Positions 1-7,323 of a DNA stretch of 25,303 nucleotides are shown piece by piece; the stretch's first letter is position 1; each line of letters begins with the position of its first letter. Source of the DNA: an uncultured Gammaproteobacteria bacterium (GTDB lineage Bacteria; Patescibacteriota; Patescibacteriia; UBA2591; UBA6264); the NCBI GenBank assembly GCA_964507075.1, contig CAZDOL010000004.1, positions 13,730 through 39,032 on the forward strand. Reading direction: 5' to 3'. A program made the translations under genes and the position numbers. The notes beneath the pieces were generated by a model. It was not told the DNA's origin and made no database searches. It saw only the letters and a list, made by a program, of their open reading frames with translations.

Positions 1-145
1 ATAACAACCTCTCCTCACTTTGTTCGTCGAGAACGTTGCTATTCGCTATGCTCATTATAACAACCTCTCCTCACTTTGTTCGTCGAGAACGTTGCTATTC
101 GCTATGCTCATAGTAAGAACCTGCTCGCTGTGCTCGCAGAACCTT
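1..145. repeat. Tandem intergenic repeat. It has two 56-nt units (1-56 and 57-112) that differ only at the last base, plus a third diverged unit (113-145). The window starts inside the array.
   Basis: Direct reading shows 'ataacaacctctcctcactttgttcgtcgagaacgttgctattcgctatgctcat' twice. The third unit keeps the flanks (ataAGAACCT...AGAACCTT) but has a different core (gctcgctgtgctcgc). It belongs to the same family as 4574-4650 and 14830-15092, in reverse orientation to the latter. Confidence 0.9.
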
Positions 146-198
146 CCTGCCTGCCGGCAGGCAGGGAAATTAGATACTCGTTACACGAGTATCTAATT
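146..198. other. Two adjacent strong hairpins: a perfect 20-nt GC-rich palindrome (146-165) and a 13-bp stem with a 5-nt loop (168-198).
   Basis: 'cctgcctgccggcaggcagg' is self-complementary. 'aattagatactcg ttaca cgagtatctaatt' forms the second stem. No function could be assigned. Confidence 0.7.
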
Positions 199-237
199 AT
201 AACAAAAATAGAACAAAAAACAAGGCAATTTAACTTG

Positions 238-299
238 AAAAAGAGTAGCTATTGCTCCTCTTTTTCAAAAAAGTTTGGTGGCCGAGCCACCAAACTTTT
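238..299 (-). terminator. Two stem-loops downstream of the 319..1641 gene. The second (267-299) is a bidirectional rho-independent-type terminator.
   Basis: The first stem is 'gaaaaagag..ctctttttc' (9 bp). The second is 'aaaagtttggtgg ccga gccaccaaactttt', whose stem is flanked by A/T runs on both sides. It lies 20 nt past the stop at 319. The same 31-nt hairpin recurs at 19334-19365. Confidence 0.7.
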
Positions 300-318
300 G
301 CTTCAAATATACTTTAAT

Positions 319-1641
319 TTATATCTCATCTTCTAATCTTTCTTCCAATCTTTCTTCCAAAACAATATTAAATTCCATTTCTTCTCCTTGTCTGAGAACT
401 GTCAAATTAATTTGATCCCCTGGAAATTTTTCTTGAACCAAATAAGTCAAATTCTGCTCTGGTCCCAGAATAATGCCATCTGCTTTAATAATAATATCTG
501 CATTTTTGATGCCCGATCTGTCAGCTGGACTATCCGATAAAGGCGGACCATAAACAATCACTCCATAAGTTAAATCTTTAAAATAATTATTTAATAGTCC
601 TGGTGCCTCTTCGGACCTAATATAATCAATGCCCAAATACAATCTTCTTATTTTCCCTTTCTCTAAAATATGATCTAAGCAATTTGGAATATGCCATACT
701 GGAACGATTTTGTCGTTGGAAACTAAACCTAACAAAGAGCCCTTTGCATTAAACAATAAACCGTTGGGAAAAGACAAAATTGATGTCTCTTTGTTCAAGC
801 GCAAATAGTCAGAAAATTTATCTGCGGAACGAACTAAATCTTCTGTCTCATAAACAATGGTCGCTGTAGGGTTGCTTACCTCTGTTAAGTGCAAATTCCT
901 AAACTTATCAAAAATTATAACCTTTGCGAACGGAAGAGCTTCTTTTGTTTTGGCCAAAGCTATAACTGGCAAATCCTGAGCTGTAATTTTTAAAAAATTG
1001 ACTTTACTAATTGGATCTAAAATAATCTGCTCAATTGGCAAAATTTTATTATTTTGATCTAATGCCACATAATTCTGTCCTTCTATTAAATCAACTGTAG
1101 TCATTAGCCATCCATCTGAGCTTAAAACAGCCCCCAACCCTAATGTTTGCCATGGGGCATAAATTTGTTCCAAAAAACCCAAAGCGGTTTGCTCAGAAAC
1201 AATTTTAGCCGGGAATATTCTAACCACTTTATTCTGCAATTCCGTTCTTAAACCAGTTAAATAGTCCTCTGATGTGATGGTTATATTCTTTTCTTCTGTC
1301 ATTTTCTGTTCTTGGTTTGAAGAAAATCTTCCTATATCTATTTTAATTCCAAAGGGAAATTCTATTTTCTGGCGTTGCAAGATAAAAACAGTACTAGCAA
1401 AGCCGGCAATTAATCCAAAAATTATCGCTATCACCAATACGCCCGCCCATCCTAAACTTTTGTTCTGTGGTCTATCCATAGAGCTAAATTTTTGACTGTT
1501 ATAAAATTCGTCAACATGATCATTAACAGTGTGTTGATGTTTTTCTAGGGATTGAGAACGACTGCTCTTCTTTATGTTTACTCCATCAACATTTTCTTTT
1601 TCTTCAATATTAATAACAATTTTTTTCTTTTTTGCTGGCAT
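319..1641 (-). CDS. Membrane-anchored HtrA/DegP-like protein with a C-terminal PDZ domain. The catalytic His and Ser positions appear substituted, so it is probably a pseudoprotease.
   Basis: The ORF is 440 aa with one TM helix (GWAGVLVIAIIFGLIAGFASTVFIL). The central region resembles the trypsin-like fold by eye, but has 'GWLMTTVDLI' where HtrA has 'TNxHV' and 'FNAKGSLLGLVS' where HtrA has 'GNSGGPL'. The C-terminus is PDZ-like ('GVIVYGPPLSDSPADRSGIKNADIIIKADG...INLTVLRQGEE'). Confidence 0.6.
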   Translation of the reverse strand: MPAKKKKIVINIEEKENVDGVNIKKSSRSQSLEKHQHTVNDHVDEFYNSQKFSSMDRPQNKSLGWAGVLVIAIIFGLIAGFASTVFILQRQKIEFPFGIKIDIGRFSSNQEQKMTEEKNITITSEDYLTGLRTELQNKVVRIFPAKIVSEQTALGFLEQIYAPWQTLGLGAVLSSDGWLMTTVDLIEGQNYVALDQNNKILPIEQIILDPISKVNFLKITAQDLPVIALAKTKEALPFAKVIIFDKFRNLHLTEVSNPTATIVYETEDLVRSADKFSDYLRLNKETSILSFPNGLLFNAKGSLLGLVSNDKIVPVWHIPNCLDHILEKGKIRRLYLGIDYIRSEEAPGLLNNYFKDLTYGVIVYGPPLSDSPADRSGIKNADIIIKADGIILGPEQNLTYLVQEKFPGDQINLTVLRQGEEMEFNIVLEERLEERLEDEI

Positions 1642-1668
1642 AGAATATTAAATTTAAAAAATCTAAAA

Positions 1669-2325
1669 TTAAATTTTTGCTTTAGATAAATTAAGATAAG
1701 TATTGGTTAAAAGGAAAAAAACAGAAATAATCAAAGCGTTAACAAAGGTCCCTAACGGCAAAAAACTTAAACAGATATAAATTTCTATTAAAACTAGAAC
1801 ATGAATTAATAATTTTGACCAGGGAATACTGCCAAGCGGAGAGATTAAAAAAGGATAAACACCCATCCAGAAGAAAAAAAACCCAAGCAGTAAATAAGAT
1901 AAACCCGTATTCATCAAGAATCCCATTGCCGAACAGACCCAATAACTTAAAACAAAATTTAACCAAATGTTTATTCTTTCAATTCTAAAAGGCTTATATA
2001 ATCTCGGCTTATTAAAAAGCTGATAAAAATTAAAGAAAAGCAGACCAACTATAAAACTGAAAAATAAAATAAAAACAAGAATCCAACCAGAAGTATCCAC
2101 TACCAACAAAAAAGCTAAAGAACTAACTGTGCAAACTAAGATATGTAAAATAAACGGCCAACGATTTTTTATTTGCCCCTCAATTAGCAGGAAAGCCCCC
2201 GTTAATAAACAAATTCCTATTAAAGAATAACCTATGATTATTCTTAAAGGATTAGGATTTTTAAAAACAAAAGCTAAAAGAAAAAAAACGACGATTGGCA
2301 AATAAAAATAAACCCTTGTTCTCAT
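1669..2325 (-). CDS. Polytopic integral membrane protein of unknown function.
   Basis: The ORF is 218 aa and almost entirely hydrophobic, with roughly 6 predicted TM segments. Its start overlaps the upstream gene's stop by 4 nt, which suggests an operon. Confidence 0.55.
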   Translation of the reverse strand: MRTRVYFYLPIVVFFLLAFVFKNPNPLRIIIGYSLIGICLLTGAFLLIEGQIKNRWPFILHILVCTVSSLAFLLVVDTSGWILVFILFFSFIVGLLFFNFYQLFNKPRLYKPFRIERINIWLNFVLSYWVCSAMGFLMNTGLSYLLLGFFFFWMGVYPFLISPLGSIPWSKLLIHVLVLIEIYICLSFLPLGTFVNALIISVFFLLTNTYLNLSKAKI

Positions 2326-2675
2326 TCTATCCCCATTGTTTCTGGGCGCACTTCAGTCCATTCGTCTTGGAGATCACTCTTTTTGTAAATATTAAATTTC
2401 AAAACTTCGTCAGTGTCAGAGTAAACAAAATCAACTGCGACTTTACCGCCTATTCTTTTGCTACTCAGCACTTTTTGGTCAATAACACGCGGTCGTGAAA
2501 TTTTTTCCAATTTCATTAAACCAAGTGGGCCCTTGAATTCAATAATTTCTTTTTTGCCCATAATCTTTTGACCATCTTGTTTCTCTGTAACCTCGAAACT
2601 TTCTGTATATTGTTTTTCAATTCCAAAATTTTCTTCAACTTTAAAAATTAAATTTTCCCATTTCCGCGAATTCAT
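2322..2675 (-). CDS. Hypothetical soluble protein.
   Basis: The ORF is 117 aa, fits the gene-dense minus-strand context and overlaps the downstream gene by 4 nt. I recognise no motif. Confidence 0.45.
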   Translation of the reverse strand: MNSRKWENLIFKVEENFGIEKQYTESFEVTEKQDGQKIMGKKEIIEFKGPLGLMKLEKISRPRVIDQKVLSSKRIGGKVAVDFVYSDTDEVLKFNIYKKSDLQDEWTEVRPETMGIE

Positions 2676-2684
2676 AGTAATATT

Positions 2685-3215
2685 TTAACCTTTTTTGGAA
2701 AAAACACAACCACAATAATTTTGTCTGTAAAAATTGTACTCTTTGCCCAAAATTATACTCTTTCTAAATCCTTCTTTCTTTTTAAAATCGGCCATATAAA
2801 ATTGTGAACTATATTTCTTGCCTAAAGACGCGCCAATACAATTAATTACTTTAGCGTTTTTCTGGGGACCAGTGCTTAGGGTTGTTCCCCAATAATCAAA
2901 ACCATTTTTTTGTGCAAATTGCGCTGTTTTATCTAGTCGCATATTAAAACAAACCTCGCATCTCTTCCCTCCCTCTGATTCTTCATCTAATCCATTAGCT
3001 AAGACAAACCACTTCTCAAAATCATAATCATTTAGAATTAAATCCAAGCCATAAATTTTAGCTAATTTCTTAACGTCTTTTAAACGTTTTTCATATTCGT
3101 GAACAGGATGGATATTGGGATTATACCAAAATAAAGTTAAATCGAAATTTGACAATAACTTCTCTGTAGCTGTGATTCCGCAATTAGCGCAACAAACATG
3201 CAGAAGAAATTTCAT
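2685..3215 (-). CDS. queH: Epoxyqueuosine reductase QueH (DUF208 family).
   Basis: The ORF is 176 aa. It has the N-terminal 'HVCCANCG', the 'FWYNPNIHP' segment, 'CEVCFNMRL' and the C-terminal 'YRQNYCGCVFS', which match the conserved Cys pattern of QueH. Confidence 0.8.
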   Translation of the reverse strand: MKFLLHVCCANCGITATEKLLSNFDLTLFWYNPNIHPVHEYEKRLKDVKKLAKIYGLDLILNDYDFEKWFVLANGLDEESEGGKRCEVCFNMRLDKTAQFAQKNGFDYWGTTLSTGPQKNAKVINCIGASLGKKYSSQFYMADFKKKEGFRKSIILGKEYNFYRQNYCGCVFSKKG

Positions 3216-3216
3216 G

Positions 3217-4374
3217 TTAAAAAACGTTAATCAACAAACTTGCCATAGCGGCAATAGGAAAGGCAACCTTTAAGCCAACTAAACTTATCAACCCTATAAG
3301 ACAAAGTCCCATTATTGCTCTGCCGAAATTACTAGACATTTCGCGTAAAACAGTATATTCGTCAAGATAGGTTCCGCGATCAGTAAACTGCTCATAACTA
3401 AAAGCATCAAAAGGAGTGCGAAGAACAATATATCCCAAGCTATGAAAGGTTCCAATAACAAAAATTTGAAAGGCAGTAATAACAAACATTTTAGCCATCC
3501 AGCCAATAGCATAAATAAACGAACCAAAGCGCATCAATTTCTTTTTTGAAAACTTATCTGTATAACTACCCACCAATAATTGACAAATAATTGTCCCAAT
3601 AACAACCAAGGCAGTAACAGCTCCAACGGCTAAATACTGCCCTTTTAAAATTTGATAAATAAAAATTGGCCAAATAACCACCCCCACTAAACCCTGAGCT
3701 CCATCAGCAAGATATACTGTGCGTAAGCGTTTGTTGGCCTTTTTAAATAATTCCCGGAAAGATTGAAAATAAGAAAATTCAAATTTTACTTGGCTTTTAC
3801 TTAATTTTGTTAACGGAATAATAGCTATTGTTAAAATTACTATTGTGATAATAAAAAGTGTACTAAAACTACTTTGAGTCAACAGAAATCCAGCTAAAAG
3901 AGGAGAACCAATACCAACCAAATATCCTAATGCAGCTAAATAAGCCATTTGTCGTCCCCTGTACTTGCCACTTGTAAATTTAGCGAGGTCAACATGATAT
4001 GGCACCCAATAAAGAAGCCTGAACATAACTAGGTTAAAATTTGCTAAAATAGCAAAAAGTATTGGATTGCTATGCAGAAAATAAAGACAGATATAGAAAA
4101 TAATATTAAAACAGCGGGCAATAATCATTAACTTTTTTAATCCAGCTTTTTGCATTAACATTGCTCCAAAGGGAACCAATAAGCCATAAAGTAAATGCCC
4201 AACAGCATAAAAAACAATTACCCAGTAAACCGAATTGCCAAATTCTTTCAATAAAAATATTGGCAAAAACAAACCCAACATACCGCTTGCTAATGCCACA
4301 ATACACTGATGAGAGCAAAGCGCTTTAAAATCTTTAGATAATTTTACAGAACTAGTTAAGCGAAATATAGACAT
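3217..4374 (-). CDS. MFS-type transporter.
   Basis: The ORF is 385 aa with roughly 10-12 hydrophobic helices. Basic loop motifs ('YTDKFSKKKL', 'SGKYRGRQ') sit at MFS motif-A-like positions. No substrate can be inferred. Confidence 0.55.
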   Translation of the reverse strand: MSIFRLTSSVKLSKDFKALCSHQCIVALASGMLGLFLPIFLLKEFGNSVYWVIVFYAVGHLLYGLLVPFGAMLMQKAGLKKLMIIARCFNIIFYICLYFLHSNPILFAILANFNLVMFRLLYWVPYHVDLAKFTSGKYRGRQMAYLAALGYLVGIGSPLLAGFLLTQSSFSTLFIITIVILTIAIIPLTKLSKSQVKFEFSYFQSFRELFKKANKRLRTVYLADGAQGLVGVVIWPIFIYQILKGQYLAVGAVTALVVIGTIICQLLVGSYTDKFSKKKLMRFGSFIYAIGWMAKMFVITAFQIFVIGTFHSLGYIVLRTPFDAFSYEQFTDRGTYLDEYTVLREMSSNFGRAIMGLCLIGLISLVGLKVAFPIAAMASLLINVF

Positions 4375-4388
4375 AAATTACTATTTAA

Positions 4389-4567
4389 TCGGGGATGCCG
4401 GATTCGAACTGGCGACCTCAGCTCCCCGCCTAAATTTTCCAATCGGGGTAGGCGGAATTGAACCGCCGATCTCACCGTCCCGAACGGTGCGCGATACCAC
4501 TTCGCTATACCCCGAAAATTTGGGCGGGCGGACCGAGGCGTGCACGCTACCACTGCGCTAATCCCCG
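4389..4567 (-). tRNA. Interrupted tRNA-Pro-like gene. The 5' half (4567->~4532) and the 3' half (~4423->4389) are separated by about 105 nt that contain a complete tRNA-Pro(CGG).
   Basis: On the minus strand the 5' half reads CGGGGAT-TA-GCGC-AGTGGTA-GCGT-G-CACGC-CU-CGG. The 3' half reads GA-GCTG-AGGTC-GCCAG-TTCGAAT-CCGGC-ATCCCCG-A. The acceptor strands pair perfectly over 7 bp. The T stem has one A/C mismatch, and the anticodon-stem 3' strand is 1 nt short. Confidence 0.5.
4443..4514 (-). tRNA. tRNA-Pro (anticodon CGG); no CCA is encoded.
   Basis: The minus strand folds into a full canonical cloverleaf: CGGGGTA-TA-GCGA-AGTGGTA-TCGC-G-CACCG-TTCGGGA-CGGTG-AGATC-GGCGG-TTCAATT-CCGCC-TACCCCG-A. 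Confidence 0.9.
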
Positions 4568-4573
4568 AATTGA

Positions 4574-4650
4574 ATAAGAACCTTTCCTCGCTTTGCTCGT
4601 CAAGAACCTTGAAATTAATATTATTGTATAAAAATTATTGTGTTTTAATT
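4574..4650 (-). repeat. Single copy of the intergenic repeat family (A type), lying between tRNA-Val and the tRNA-Pro locus.
   Basis: 'aataAGAACCT ttcctcgctttgctcgtca AGAACCTTGaaattaatattattgtataaaa...' matches the reverse complement of units 14830-14988 in its flanks. The core differs. Confidence 0.8.
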
Positions 4651-4660
4651 ATAAAAAAAA

Positions 4661-4732
4661 TGGGCTCGAATGGGTTCGAACCATCGACCTTCCGCATGTG
4701 AAGCGGACGCGCTACCACTGCGCCACGAGCCC
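4661..4732 (-). tRNA. tRNA-Val (anticodon CAC).
   Basis: The minus strand reads GGGCTCG-TG-GCGC-AGTGGTA-GCGC-G-TCCGC-TTCACAT-GCGGA-AGGTC-GATGG-TTCGAAC-CCATT-CGAGCCC-A. All stems pair, with one G-T wobble in the T stem. Confidence 0.9.
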
Positions 4733-4748
4733 CTCACTTGAAAATTAT

Positions 4749-5960
4749 TTAAAAGGCTGAAGAAAGTTGATACATAGGCAGTAAAATAGAAATGGCCATA
4801 CCAGCCACAACTATACCTAAAAAAATAATAATAATCGGTTCCAATAAAGTGACTAATTTGGATAAAAGACCCTCAACTTCGCGAGAATAAAAATTAGCAA
4901 TTTTTTCTAGGATTTCATCTAATTTTCCAGTCTGCTCTCCAATGCTCATTAAACGAGGCAACATAGCTGGAACCGAAGAATGATTTAAAAAGGCATTGCT
5001 CGCAGAATGCCCACCCTCCACATCAACAATAGACTGTAAAATAATGTTCTTGTAAATAACATTACCAACTACATCCGAAACTATTCTCAAAGCGCTAGTC
5101 AAAGGAATTCCACCCACCAATAATGTTGATAAACTACGAGCAAAGCGCACTAAATAAAATTTTTGAAAAAGCTGACCAAAAACAGGTAATTTTAAAATTA
5201 CCCTATCCAAAAAAAGTTTGCCTTGTTTGCTTTTAAATAAAATTCGCAGGATAATACCTAATATTAATAAAACTATAATTATCAACCAATAAAAATTTTT
5301 AGAAAAATTACTTACACTAATAAGAATTTTGGTGGGCAATGGTAATTCAACGCTCGATTGAATTAGGATGCCAGTTAATTGAGGAATAACAAAAACCATC
5401 ATTAAAACCATAACTCCAATAACAGTAGCGATAACAAAAATTGGATAAACCATAGCCCCTTTAATCTTGCTCATTAAATCAAAATTTTTCTCCTGTTCAT
5501 CTGCCAAATATTGTAAAACTTCATCAAGATTTCCGGCCGTTTCGCCAGCACGAACCATATTGATGAAGAAATCATCAAAAATTTTAGGATACTTAGCTAA
5601 TGCAGAAGAAAAACGAAGTCCTCCCTGAACATCTTTAGATATATTTTCTACAATTTTCCCAAGATAAACATTATCAGTCTGCTCTTTTAGAACATTTAAA
5701 GAATCCACTAATGGTAAGCCTGCCGCGACCATAACAGAAAGTTGGCGAGACAAAAAAACTAAATCTCGTAAGTTAGCTCGATTTACAAAAGGAATATTAA
5801 TTTGTCGACGCCAAAAGGGCACTTTACTGGAATCTTCTAGCGACAAAACAATCATCTTCTCGTCAGTTAGGAGCTTTAAGGCAGCATCCTGACTCATGGC
5901 CTCAATAGTCCCTTCTACTGTCTCGCCTGTTTGATTTTTTGCTCTATAAGAAAATAACAT
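4749..5960 (-). CDS. pilC: Type IV pilus platform protein PilC (GspF/T2SS-F family).
   Basis: The ORF is 403 aa with the duplicated T2SF architecture: two cytoplasmic helical domains ('FSRQLSVMVAAGLPL', 'FARSLSTLLVGGIPL') and 3 TM segments. It sits in the pilB/pilT cluster. Confidence 0.9.
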   Translation of the reverse strand: MLFSYRAKNQTGETVEGTIEAMSQDAALKLLTDEKMIVLSLEDSSKVPFWRRQINIPFVNRANLRDLVFLSRQLSVMVAAGLPLVDSLNVLKEQTDNVYLGKIVENISKDVQGGLRFSSALAKYPKIFDDFFINMVRAGETAGNLDEVLQYLADEQEKNFDLMSKIKGAMVYPIFVIATVIGVMVLMMVFVIPQLTGILIQSSVELPLPTKILISVSNFSKNFYWLIIIVLLILGIILRILFKSKQGKLFLDRVILKLPVFGQLFQKFYLVRFARSLSTLLVGGIPLTSALRIVSDVVGNVIYKNIILQSIVDVEGGHSASNAFLNHSSVPAMLPRLMSIGEQTGKLDEILEKIANFYSREVEGLLSKLVTLLEPIIIIFLGIVVAGMAISILLPMYQLSSAF

Positions 5961-6022
5961 ACCAAATTTGTCTAAATTTACGAGTTACGAAGTAACGAAG
6001 AAAATTTCGTTACAAATTTGAG

Positions 6023-6082
6023 TACCCTGTTAAATAAAATCTTCGATTTTAATTTGCTTTTGGCAAATTATTTAACAGGGTA
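6023..6082. other. Long intergenic hairpin (15-bp stem, 30-nt loop) between pilT-like and pilC. Two smaller 8-bp hairpins flank it.
   Basis: 'taccctgttaaataa...ttatttaacagggta' forms the long stem. The smaller ones are 'gtaacgaa gaaaat ttcgttac' (~5990-6012) and 'aagatttt gttgctga aaaatctt' (~6083-6106). Confidence 0.6.
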
Positions 6083-6141
6083 AAGATTTTGTTGCTGAAA
6101 AATCTTCACCCTACGAGTTTGATTTTGTCAGACAAAAACCT

Positions 6142-7215
6142 TTATCTCCTCAACAACGCTCTAAATAACTCTTCGTCAACACAATACTTAACAGCTTCTT
6201 CAACGGTTACTTCACCAGAAGAAATTAAATCTGCTAAATATTGATCCATAGAAACTGCTGTATCTCCTTCACTGGTTTGTAAGACACTAGTCAATTGATG
6301 AAATCTTCCGTTAGAGATAATAGTTTTAACTGCTGGCGTAGCTGACAAAACCTCCAATGCTCTAATTCGTCCACCACCAATTCGTGGAACCAAACGGGAA
6401 GAAATAATTCCTGCTAAATTTTCGCTCAAAAAATATCTAATATTTTCCTCTTCAGAAACAGGGAAAAAATGAAGAATTCTTTTAATAGTCTTTAAAGAAG
6501 AAGTGGTGTCCATGACGGCAAAAACCAAACTTCCTGCTTCAGCAATAGCAAAAATTTCCTTAAATATGGCAGCGTCATTAATTTGGGAAAGCATTACTAC
6601 GTCCGCGTTTCTCTTTCTAATATAAGATAAACCGCTTAAAAAAGAATTAACATCCTTTCCAACTTCTCTCTGTTCAACAACGCTTTTCGCTCCCATTAAA
6701 ACAGCTTTAATTGGTTGTTCAATTGTGGAAATAAATTTAGATTGATTTTTATTTATATAATCCAACAAAGAAATAGCTAATGTTGCTCTTCCAGAATCAC
6801 GAGGGCCAGTAATTAAAACTAATCCGCGCAAAACATTGGCAAATGATTTAATTACTTTGGGTAATCCTAAGCTATCAAGATCTTTGATCTCCTGCGACAA
6901 TAATTTAACCCTCAAAGACAAGTTGCCTTTCTGAAAATAAATACTAATTTGAGAATTACCGATTTTTCCTATTTTTCTAACAATATCAATCTGCTTCTCT
7001 TCTTTAAGGGTGTCTTGTTCTTCTTTGCTTAAAAAAACAGGAATCAAATCATTAATAAAAGAAATTGACAAAATGCTTTCTCCTACCAATACTTCCATTT
7101 TTCCATCAACTCTAATAAATGGCATCTGAGCGGGAATTATATAAACTTCTGCCGCTTTCTTTTCGGCGGCTTTAGAGCATATTCTGTTTAAAATAATTTC
7201 TATTTGAGTAGACAT
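6142..7215 (-). CDS. pilT: PilT-family hexameric ATPase homologue in which all catalytic motifs are substituted; predicted ATPase-dead.
   Basis: The ORF is 357 aa and collinear with PilT. Walker A is 'GPRDSGRAT' (canonical GPTGSGKST). The Asp box is 'IEQPIK' (IEDPIE). Walker B is 'DVVMLSQIND' (DVILVGEMRD). The His box is 'AGSLVFAVMDTT' (TGHLVFGTLHTT). Confidence 0.8.
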   Translation of the reverse strand: MSTQIEIILNRICSKAAEKKAAEVYIIPAQMPFIRVDGKMEVLVGESILSISFINDLIPVFLSKEEQDTLKEEKQIDIVRKIGKIGNSQISIYFQKGNLSLRVKLLSQEIKDLDSLGLPKVIKSFANVLRGLVLITGPRDSGRATLAISLLDYINKNQSKFISTIEQPIKAVLMGAKSVVEQREVGKDVNSFLSGLSYIRKRNADVVMLSQINDAAIFKEIFAIAEAGSLVFAVMDTTSSLKTIKRILHFFPVSEEENIRYFLSENLAGIISSRLVPRIGGGRIRALEVLSATPAVKTIISNGRFHQLTSVLQTSEGDTAVSMDQYLADLISSGEVTVEEAVKYCVDEELFRALLRR

Positions 7216-7225
7216 AATAAATTGA

Positions 7226-7320
7226 TTAGTTAATTAGGTAATTAGTTAATTAGGTAATCGGGCATATTGATTACTATCCGCTTTTCTTAATCCTGATTAC
7301 CCAAGTACCCAAGTACCCAA
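7226..7320. repeat. Octamer-based short tandem repeats flanking the pilB/pilT-like intergenic region in inverted orientation.
   Basis: The 16-mer 'ttagttaattaggtaa' occurs twice (7226-7257), and 'ttacccaa gtacccaa gtacccaa' lies at 7297-7320. The arms GGTAATC and GATTACC can pair. Related octamers 'ttgggtac ttaggtaa ttaggtat' occur at 12918-12941. Confidence 0.7.
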
Positions 7321-7323
7321 AAT

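Noticed and set aside
4356-4553. A 65-aa minus-strand ORF.
   Set aside because: It lies entirely on the tRNA-Pro locus, and its Arg/Pro-rich translation is what GC-rich tRNA sequence yields. It is not a gene.
4389-4567. An archaeal-type bulge-helix-bulge (BHB) intron as the explanation for the nested tRNA.
   Set aside because: I tried to fold the exon/insert junctions. The unpaired nucleotides (GGTCCG and single-C bulges) all fall on the 5' strand of one long irregular helix. They do not form two 3-nt bulges on opposite strands separated by 4 bp. The insert is also far too short for a group I intron, so neither known intron class can be asserted.
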